From: a virus
Lineage: Duplodnaviria; Caudoviricetes
Direction: 5' to 3' (one strand)
Length of the DNA stretch: 64,000 nt
Virus record (IMG/VR): IMGVR_UViG_3300032283_000645
Location: 7,009-71,008 of that record
The first letter of the stretch is position 1. Each line of letters opens with the position of its first letter. The position numbers and the translations under genes are program-made. The notes under the pieces are model-generated. The model was given only the letters and a program-made list of their open reading frames with translations, was not told the DNA's origin and did not search any database. Positions 9,048 through 17,900 of this stretch are shown piece after piece.

Positions 9048-12000
9048 AGATTAATCTCCGTTAACTCTCCACGGGTCTTTTGAATCTTCTTCAATGCGGC
9101 TTTTAACTCATTGTCAATTTCAATCTGAATTCTCGCCTTGAGGACATCCTCAACACCACCCTCATCTTGATTGGTTAGTGAGTAAGAACTTGGTGCGAGC
9201 ATGTCTAAACCGTGCTTGTGTGCAAACTGAACTTCTGGTATTCCCATTTTCTTATACTTATCGCTAACTTCTTGGCTCTTTCTAAATGCTCTCAGCTGTT
9301 GCATTGCTGAAGTGTTGATTGAACCAAGAGAGTTACCATTGAGCGAATAGAAGTACTGAATCTCTTCAGGAGAAAAGCCAAGTCTGGAAAGTTTTTCTGA
9401 TATTGGCTCTTGCTCAATTGCATCTGAAATGTCCACATCTTTGGATGCTCCTTGAACTTTGCTCCATGGGTGAACAACAGCAGCAATTTCATCTTTTTTG
9501 AACCCGCCCATGATGTGTGCCCCAAGTGGTTGCTGTCCAGAAAGGTCGGAATAGAAACTGTCTAGTTCTGAATCGTAGTTTTCACTCAATTTTGATGGCT
9601 TGATTCTCTTTGAGTTCATGAATGATGCAACGTCGTTATCATCGGAAACAATCATTGCATTAGCAAATCTAGTTTTGTAGTTATCGCTCGTTGGGTGGAG
9701 TAGAGCATCCATAATGTCATCTGGCTCATCTGAGTTCATCCACACTGGTCTGGTTTGTTGCTCTGAACCACGGCCAAATCCGTATGCAGTTCTTCCAGAA
9801 ACCTCAGGACGCAAGATTATTTCAATATCGCCATCAACACCTACGTTACCAATTGGAGTATTTTCTGATTCGTATTCAAATGGCATGTCACCAGCAACAA
9901 TTCCTTTTTTCTTCAATGCATTAACCGTCATATCTCTCTGTGATTTATGAACAACATAGCCAGATACAGGTCGTTCAGTATCTGGTGTACTTGGGTGGAT
10001 TCCAATTCGTGATTGGTACTCAACTTCGTGTTTTCTAGGAGCCCCAGTTTGACCGAACGAGTAATAACCTGGTTTTCCTTCAAACTCGACGCCCTTCAAT
10101 GCGTCTTGAATTTGCTCTGGGGTCAAGTCGGTTAGTGATGAACTTGGTTTTTCCGTCTCAGGGAGTTTGAATTCTGGCATTGATTCAATTAAATCCCGAA
10201 GTCTGTTCTCCCTAATTCTGTCGGGATTACCAGACCCATCAATAGGCTGTACGCGTGGAAACGACATATCCATCATTGAGTCAATATCTAGTTCATTCAT
10301 TCGCAAGCGTGGTCGCCTGTCAATTGAGTCGTGAATATCAAAAACAACACCTTCAAGCTGTTCTTTAATCTCTTGCGGTGTCATTGATGAAATCATCTCC
10401 GCTAACTCTGGATTGTCTGGAAAACTCCCAGCAGAAATATCGCTAATCACTTGATTGAGTACATTGTCTCGGTCAATTCTTCGTTCAATTGGTGTGGATG
10501 CAAGACCGAAAGCATCGTCAAATCCAGCAGAAGATGCATTAGATGTGGATGCAAGACCATCAACATATTCTCTATCCGGTCTCGTTGGTCGTCCACCGCT
10601 TCGACGCAATCTATCGACAATGTCTTCGTTGTTCCTTCTGATTTCCCTAGCAAGAACCGGACCACTTCTTCCATCTGGTAGCACTTCTCCACCACCAGCT
10701 CTAACCTTTTCATTGTGATTGTCTACGAGCTTTTGGGCTGCGCTCTTTTCTCTCCTCAAAATTCCATCTTCAAACTTTGAGTCGCCTTTTGTCGGCCAGT
10801 TGTCAATCATTCTCTGAAGCGACTCACTGCTGGACTCTTGGTCAACTAACCGTGCGGTAATGCGACCATCGGCATCAGTTCCCGTTATGAAAATTCTTCC
10901 AGGTGGCAACATGACTCGACCAAATTTTCCTGCTTCATCTACAGAGGAATCAAATGGGTCTGATGGAACAAATATTCCACTAGCGTCTGGGCCGAGTTCA
11001 ATAGCGATTGTTCCAGGTGGTAAACCGAGTTCATCGTGTTCTAATTGAAAACTTTTTAGTTCTGGAATTGAAAGCATCTCGCCGGGATTGGCTGTTGACT
11101 TGGGCTGAAATCTTACAACAAGATTTGAAGGGAGTTTGCTCTTCTCTAGTGCTGTCAATGTCGGAATTAGGGTGTGTTCAATTTGTTCTGCAACAGAGCC
11201 TTCGTAAATATCAAACTTATCTGGTAGTTCGCCGATTCTTCTCAGTCGCTTATGGTCACGGTGTATGGCGAGGATTTCTTGAGTTGGGTCTCCATCAAGA
11301 AGGGATGCAACACGAGTTGTTGCTGGGTCGCCAATCCTCTCAATGGCTCCACCCTCCTGTTCGTTGAGTTTTTCAATCTGTTTTCTTCGTGTAGATTTAC
11401 CAAATGAATCAGAGTCTTTCTTTGAGGTAAACACTCGTGGTGGTTTTCTAGGTTTGGGTGGTTTCCCGCCATCTTCTGGGTCAATTGGATAATCAGGTCT
11501 GTCTCCATCCATCAATGGTTTTGACATTTCTTTGGCAACTAAAGCCATTTGGCGTTTACGGGTATTTGCACGATGAGTTGCATCTTTTGCCTTTGCCGTT
11601 CTATCCATCCACTCAAGGGCTGAATCAATATCATCACCTTCAAGGATTCCCATGTCACGAAGCGCATATAGTTCAGCAGATAGTTCTATCGCCCACAGTT
11701 GTGACATACCCTCTGCTCTATATAGGTCAAGTGGGTACTTGCCGCCAAGTATCGCCACTGCTTCCATTGATTCACGAGTTACACCCAAATCAGTAAAGTC
11801 AATTCCATCGCCTAAATCTTTCATGCTGTCTACAATTTGACCACTTGTCATTTCATTAAGTTCTTTATTGGAGTATTTTGCCAACATTAATTTTTTCCAC
11901 TGCATCATTTGAATGACGTGACCAATTTCGTGAGCGGCAGTATGGACACCTTTGCCTTTTCTGCCATCAACGGCGATGGCTGCGGCCATTCCACCAGCAA

Positions 12001-13480
12001 ACATTTTCTGACTTGCCACGAAGTCTGCGATAGCGGCTGCTCTTTCTTCTTCGGTGCGGGCTCCAGTTACATTGATTCCAAGTCTTTGACCCTTTTTTAC
12101 TTCTGGAACCTGAGAGGCTGCATTCAGAGTCATTTTCTGAATGTCAAAATTTATAGCAAATTTAGTATCAGCCAATTTTGAGCCACCTAGTGGGTGGGCC
12201 ATTGCTTCTTCCGTTTCCCCAAGTGGATGTTTTTTTGGGTCTTTGGATAACATGCCTGAAAATCTAATTACAGAAATTTCCTTTGCTACATGTGGGTCAC
12301 GGAGGTATGTTTCAAGAAGCCTTGTTAGAACGCCACGTTCTACTGCAAGTGCTGTTTCTGGAGTAAAACCTAGTTCTTTTGCAGCCTCAAGTTCTTCTGC
12401 TGACAGTGTTGCAAATGTTTTTTTAAAGTCAAGACTTTGATTAGATATATCAATATCCCATAAACCCATTTCTTTAAGTTTTGCAAAAGCAAGAAAAAGA
12501 TGTTCGTTTTGTGCTCGCTGTTCTGGGGTTACTTCAATCCCAAGTTCTGATACAAGATTGTCAACAGCGTCTTCCATCTCGACCATGCGAGCCTGCCCGC
12601 GCGTGCGAGCATTCTTCAACCATCTTGCTTTAGGTCGCTCTAATTTCTCTCGGTACCTATTAGCGGATGTTAATGAAGAGCCTGACATATCACGGATGGA
12701 CCTGCTTCCAAAACCAGTTGCTCTTTGGTGTTTCCACCAATCACCAAGTGAATCAAGACCACGTTGTGCTATTTCACGTATTTGAGCGGCGGAAATAGCG
12801 AAACAAGTGCTTCCAAATTTGTCTGTGAACTGGTTGGCTTGAGGCGTGCCCGGTGGGCACCGGAATTTTCCCAAGTCGTCCACCACCACCTTAAACTGCT
12901 TGGCTGCTCTTTGTGCAAGACCACCAGCGGGATTCATTTGGCGAATTGAACGACCAATTGATTTTACTGATTCAGCATTTTGTTCAGCAACTTCACGTTC
13001 ACTAAGTTTTCTTGCTGGTTCCCCATCTTTATCAACCTCATAAACATCAAGGGTGACTCGTGGTTCCTTCATTAGCTGTTGAATTGATTCTTTAAACGTA
13101 TTTGCCGTAGGAGGTGTTGGTTCTTCAACCCAACCAAAGTTGGCATGTTTATCCAAGCCTTCACGAACATTCATCGGAGGGAATAGGCGGAGTTCCATAC
13201 CAGGACCACCCTTTGCAGAAGGGTCGTATCTCCATCCATCTTCATTTTTGATTCCCGGAAGTTCTTTTTCTTCCTTCTTTGGTGTTTGTTCTTTCTGGCT
13301 CTGAGCAACAGTCTTGCCAATACCCTTGACCATTATTTCGTCGCTATTAGAGATTGACTTTGCTGATAATTCAAGTCCATCTAGGAAATCAGCGACGGCT
13401 TCCTCTAACCTCTCTTGGTCATGACCCATAGCACGTTGAGAGATGATGAACCGATTCATTCTTGGATTGTTGCTGTCCAT
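9044..13480 (-). CDS. 1478-aa multidomain putative internal head protein (zincin-like HExxH peptidase, degenerate ART-like domain, DUF3626-like domain)
   Basis: HTAAHEIGHV + ELSAELYA; TLTALEKSKLPSNLVVRF...MLPPGRIFITG; ERPVSGY...DGDIEIILRPEVSGRTAYGFG. Confidence 0.65.
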   Translation of the reverse strand: MDSNNPRMNRFIISQRAMGHDQERLEEAVADFLDGLELSAKSISNSDEIMVKGIGKTVAQSQKEQTPKKEEKELPGIKNEDGWRYDPSAKGGPGMELRLFPPMNVREGLDKHANFGWVEEPTPPTANTFKESIQQLMKEPRVTLDVYEVDKDGEPARKLSEREVAEQNAESVKSIGRSIRQMNPAGGLAQRAAKQFKVVVDDLGKFRCPPGTPQANQFTDKFGSTCFAISAAQIREIAQRGLDSLGDWWKHQRATGFGSRSIRDMSGSSLTSANRYREKLERPKARWLKNARTRGQARMVEMEDAVDNLVSELGIEVTPEQRAQNEHLFLAFAKLKEMGLWDIDISNQSLDFKKTFATLSAEELEAAKELGFTPETALAVERGVLTRLLETYLRDPHVAKEISVIRFSGMLSKDPKKHPLGETEEAMAHPLGGSKLADTKFAINFDIQKMTLNAASQVPEVKKGQRLGINVTGARTEEERAAAIADFVASQKMFAGGMAAAIAVDGRKGKGVHTAAHEIGHVIQMMQWKKLMLAKYSNKELNEMTSGQIVDSMKDLGDGIDFTDLGVTRESMEAVAILGGKYPLDLYRAEGMSQLWAIELSAELYALRDMGILEGDDIDSALEWMDRTAKAKDATHRANTRKRQMALVAKEMSKPLMDGDRPDYPIDPEDGGKPPKPRKPPRVFTSKKDSDSFGKSTRRKQIEKLNEQEGGAIERIGDPATTRVASLLDGDPTQEILAIHRDHKRLRRIGELPDKFDIYEGSVAEQIEHTLIPTLTALEKSKLPSNLVVRFQPKSTANPGEMLSIPELKSFQLEHDELGLPPGTIAIELGPDASGIFVPSDPFDSSVDEAGKFGRVMLPPGRIFITGTDADGRITARLVDQESSSESLQRMIDNWPTKGDSKFEDGILRREKSAAQKLVDNHNEKVRAGGGEVLPDGRSGPVLAREIRRNNEDIVDRLRRSGGRPTRPDREYVDGLASTSNASSAGFDDAFGLASTPIERRIDRDNVLNQVISDISAGSFPDNPELAEMISSMTPQEIKEQLEGVVFDIHDSIDRRPRLRMNELDIDSMMDMSFPRVQPIDGSGNPDRIRENRLRDLIESMPEFKLPETEKPSSSLTDLTPEQIQDALKGVEFEGKPGYYSFGQTGAPRKHEVEYQSRIGIHPSTPDTERPVSGYVVHKSQRDMTVNALKKKGIVAGDMPFEYESENTPIGNVGVDGDIEIILRPEVSGRTAYGFGRGSEQQTRPVWMNSDEPDDIMDALLHPTSDNYKTRFANAMIVSDDNDVASFMNSKRIKPSKLSENYDSELDSFYSDLSGQQPLGAHIMGGFKKDEIAAVVHPWSKVQGASKDVDISDAIEQEPISEKLSRLGFSPEEIQYFYSLNGNSLGSINTSAMQQLRAFRKSQEVSDKYKKMGIPEVQFAHKHGLDMLAPSSYSLTNQDEGGVEDVLKARIQIEIDNELKAALKKIQKTRGELTEINL

Positions 13481-13493
13481 TGGACTCGCTTAA

Positions 13494-14870
13494 TTAAATA
13501 TCTTGTGATTCGTCGCTAAGAAGCTGAAACTCAAGGAGTGAGCGCTTGAATTCTTCGTCTTCAATGCTTGCCATTTCATCTTTTTGACTCATTACCCAAT
13601 TTGAAGGAATAAGTTTTTCAAGACCAAGTGCTTTAGCTCGCTTCATAATATGACGCTTCGCTGCTTCTTTATCTTTTGCCCTACCAAATGCTTGGATTGC
13701 ATTCTTCAAGTCACCCTCGGTCTTGATTGGGTATGAACCGTCTGGAAGTGCCATGCCACTATTTGCTAGTTCTTCACGGCTTTCATCAGAGAAGGCTCGC
13801 TTCAGTGCGATTTCAGCCGCTTCAGCCTCAATCTCTTCTGCTTCTTCTTGCTCGTACTTGTCGTAACCAAGAACTTCGCCGTCAAGAGAAACGAAAACAT
13901 CATAAGACTTCCCGTCAAGACCTTCAATTTCGACCGCATAAGAATCAATCCCTTCAAACGAATCTGGCTCAATACTGACAACCTCACCATCAATTGACTT
14001 GGTGGCGATATCGCCAGCTTCATCAAATGTGATTAAAAGAAGTTGTTCAGATTTCGTCTGAATACTACCGTAACTATCGGTCAAGCGATGACCATGAATC
14101 TGTCCAGTAGTTCCATTAATAAATACATCAAATGTTTTTCCATCTTTTCTTTGCACACCAACTACATACATATCTGCATTTGACACATATCCAGAATCAA
14201 CAATGTCACCCTTAACGAGAGTCTGCGCATAACCTTCTGCATGCAACAAAGTCATTTGACCTTTTGTTCCAGTGCAACCACCAGGGCATGATGCACATGG
14301 CGGAGTTCCGCCAGGGTAAACCTTCCCGTCCATTGCGCACTTGTATCCGCCCAAGCCAGCGTCCATTGCTTTGATTCCCATTTGATTAAGACGAGCTTGG
14401 CGGAATTTTTGCATCATTCCGACTTCTTCGTCTTCAAGCATGTCTTCTTCGTCTTCGTCTTCTTCCTCGGAATCATCTTCGTCAGCCATTTCGCCTTCAG
14501 CATTTTCTTCGGCTGCGCGTTCGCCCTCTGGCATTGATTCTTCTTCTTCTTCGTAAGGAACTTCAGCGGTCTCGTCGTCTTCCGTCATGGCATCTTCCAT
14601 TGCGCGTGGACGTGGTTTCTTTTTCTTTGGCTCTTCCATTGAAGCCATTGCTTCATCGGCTGCTTTTTCGTTCAGCGCCTTTTGAAGCATTTCGTAGTCT
14701 TCGCTACGGAGAACCTTCATTTCAATAGGAAGCGCTCCACACTTACCGCAAACTGGAGAACCAGCACTGTAACCACAATCTGCAGAGCCAAGTCCTTTTG
14801 CGCATTTAAGGACATTGCCTTCTGTGTCAATGCTGACACCAGCTACTTGATTCGGGCTATTTGAGTCCAT
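13494..14870 (-). CDS. head-module protein: two Cys4 clusters, acidic tract, PepSY-like repeats, C-terminal DUF6582-like domain
   Basis: CAKG..DC..VCGKC; CAMD..PCASCPGGC; EVVSIEPDSFEGIDSYAVEIEGLDGKSYDVFVSLDGEVL; LPDGSYPIKTEGDLKNAIQAFGRA...RAKALGLEKLIPSNW. Confidence 0.65.
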   Translation of the reverse strand: MDSNSPNQVAGVSIDTEGNVLKCAKGLGSADCGYSAGSPVCGKCGALPIEMKVLRSEDYEMLQKALNEKAADEAMASMEEPKKKKPRPRAMEDAMTEDDETAEVPYEEEEESMPEGERAAEENAEGEMADEDDSEEEDEDEEDMLEDEEVGMMQKFRQARLNQMGIKAMDAGLGGYKCAMDGKVYPGGTPPCASCPGGCTGTKGQMTLLHAEGYAQTLVKGDIVDSGYVSNADMYVVGVQRKDGKTFDVFINGTTGQIHGHRLTDSYGSIQTKSEQLLLITFDEAGDIATKSIDGEVVSIEPDSFEGIDSYAVEIEGLDGKSYDVFVSLDGEVLGYDKYEQEEAEEIEAEAAEIALKRAFSDESREELANSGMALPDGSYPIKTEGDLKNAIQAFGRAKDKEAAKRHIMKRAKALGLEKLIPSNWVMSQKDEMASIEDEEFKRSLLEFQLLSDESQDI

Positions 14871-14909
14871 GAAACCAATCCTTTTGAAAATACTAATTTA
14901 TAACACACT

Positions 14910-14936
14910 AGTATAACTCACTGTTTTATAGTGGAT
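14910..14936 (-). promoter_or_regulatory. putative promoter/operator (ATCCACTAT-N6-GTGA-N2-TATACT)
   Basis: -10-like TATACT; same architecture as the nrdJ upstream site. Confidence 0.45.
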
Positions 14937-14947
14937 TAATGAAAGTG

Positions 14948-17900
14948 CTATTCTGAACGGAACTTATCAAATTCTTCGGTACTAATTCCAAGCTTCTCAA
15001 GCAACTGATTTAGTTCTATTGGGCTTAGTGAGAATGGAGCTCGACGAGCGGTTGCACTAGATGACCGTGGGTCGTTGATGAGTTTCTTAACCGTTGAGAT
15101 TGATGGTTTTCTGCCCGTAATTTCAAAAATTGCATCAACAACCTGTTGAGGGAAACCCCTTCTTCCTCGTGCCGAGTCAAAAGCCTGATTACCAAAGACA
15201 TCAGCCAATGGGAGGCTGTCTGTCCTGCCGACTGTTCTCGTGACTGGTTGTTTATCACCATAAATGCTGTCTGCTGTCATTTTTGACTTCCTTGCTTTTA
15301 GCAAGGTGTTTACTTCGTCTCTCGTAATGCCTTGAGCCAAGATTCTTCTCCAAGTCTTATCTGAGAAGACATCATTATTATTTTTCATAATTGAATACTG
15401 TGACGCAGTCTCACTTATACCAATTTCTTCAAGAACTGGACGAGCATCTAGGTATTCCCTTCGACTTGCCGTTCTTCGAGCTCGTGCTCCGGGTGCATCT
15501 GGGGCTAGGTCTTCAACATCTGGAATGTCGGCTGCATCCAAAATCGGATTTCCAGATTGGTCATAATAGAAAAGTGGGTCATTGTTTGCGCCCCACAAGT
15601 CCCTGCCTCCGCCAACTTGTATGCGTAGATTATCCAGAAGGTATATGTCTCTTGTTCTTGCACCCTGTTTACGCATCTTTTTAGCCACTTCAACTGGCAC
15701 CCCAAGTTCGGAAGCAAGTTGGTCATCACTCATGTTTTCTGTTCCGCCAAACCTTCTGGCAGCACGTCTAATGATTGGCTCAAAACCCCATGAACGACCA
15801 GCACCGTCATCCCCAATGAAGATGTCGCTAGGAATCATGTCAATAGGTCCACCTTGTGAGGAAAATCCATATTCAGATGCACTTGGTCCGTCACGACGTT
15901 TGCCTGGTCGCTTCTTTGAGCGAAGTTTGTCCCCATCGGCATAACGCTGACGGTCTTCAGGCGACCAACGCGCCTTGGGGGTGCGAGGACGCTTATCGTT
16001 ACCTCGTGAAGGGAAACCGCCCCTATTTCCACGCAGTGTCATTCTGTTAAGGGCATCCCATTGCCTGTCAGATAGTTCTCCATTTCGGTCATACTGCTCA
16101 ACGACACTCCTTGTGAACGAAGTGTTCATTCTTCTAGCAATGGAGATAATTTCATTCTTTTCTGGAGTGCTGAGGTTCATTCTGCTTGCAAAACCATCAT
16201 CTTGCGATGGTTCTTCAGGCATCATGTATTCTTGTTCCATCAAGTAATCTTGAGCGGCATCGTATGCCCAGTCCATTGCATCAAGCTCGTCTGGGTCCAT
16301 TGAATCTGCGCCAGATGCAAAGCCACCTTCATAGACCTGACCGTTTTCGTCAAGCAATGAACCGGTTTGTGGGTGGTCAAACGCTTGAGCCCATACAACC
16401 TTGTTATCGTCACTCAGCATTGAAGGCTTGAGTGATGCTTGGTATGCGGTTTCGCCCAGTTCGTCTGCATAGACATTGTCCCACTGACCAAGAACTCTGG
16501 TTTTACCCTTGTCCTTACCATTGGTGATGATTTGCTCTGCTCTTACGAAGTATGTATCACTTCCGCCGTCGTAACCAACAATCACTTGCTGGTTTCTGTT
16601 AACTGGAAGAACCATTTCGTTATTGCGCTTATTTGCTCGTGTTCCAGAAATTGCCATGAGATTTCCACGACCGATTTGTGAGAGCGCTGTTCGCATATCA
16701 AACTCACTTGGCTCGTATCCGCCAGGTGTTGGCCAGTCGCCGCGTGAAGCAAAGCCTTCAACAGCAACTACAGGCTCAGTTGGGACTGCAATGTCTGGAT
16801 TCTCAAATTCTGCCTTTTCACCGTTGGAGAACTTGCTCTTGGCATTAGGAGAAATATCAAGAATGTAGTTGACTGCACTTTGAGCATCCTTCATCGCTCT
16901 TTCAAGCGCGGTTGGGTCATCCTTGAGTTTCTTAATCCAAGACGCTAGATATGGGCCGTGGTTCTCTTGAATGTTTGGCTCAATGTTGTGTGCCGACATA
17001 AACATTGCAGATGCAATTTCTGCAACCAATTCTTCGTATGCATATTCTGGTGTGCCAAAACGATTCATGTTCTCTCTACCAAGACGGTCTTTACCACCAG
17101 TCCAGTGCATGAGTTCATGAGCTGCTGTTGAGTAATATGCCCGTGCATCTTTGAAGTTTTCAAATAGTGGCAATTGAATGAAGTCTTCAGATGGACTGAA
17201 GTATGCTTCGTCTCCACCATTTTTAATGACAGCAGGAATTTCTGAAATCGTCTTCTCTAGGTCGGCAACGCGTTCTGATTCTGGAAGAATTTCCTTCTTG
17301 TCAAAATCCTCTGGCATTCCATCAATTTGGTCAAGGTTGAAAACCGACCGAGAAATGAAGCTAACTCTTCCTTTTTCTTCAGTTCCATCAGCCTTTTCTT
17401 TGCCCTTAATGAAGATAGGAACAAAGATTGATGTTGCTTTTTCGCCCTTGCGAACCTGTCCGCCAACACCTTGCCATTGGTCATAGGTTGCCCACTTGTT
17501 TGAGTTGTAACCCTTGACATCAGCCATTGCAGTCAGGAAGAACCAGTTTGAACCAGAGTACTTATGACCGGTTGTTCCGTTTTCTGGCATCCCAGTTCTT
17601 CTCCATGGGAGTTGCCATTTGCCAAGTTTTTCAGATTCAGAAAGAGCATCAATGAGCTGTTTCGTCATCTCAGCATAAACTTCTTCTTTAGACTTTTTCT
17701 TTGAACCGCTCGCTCCTCTTGAAGCAAATCCACGAGGGGTCAGTCCAAAGACATCACCATCTGAATATCCTCCAAGAATCGAGAGCGGGTCAACTTTTGG
17801 GCGGTCGCCGCCAGTCTTTGGGGTAGAGCCCTTAATGATATTCTCTATAATTTCTCTGCGCTTATTCTCAAGGTCAGACGCTGCTGCAGCCATCTCAAAG

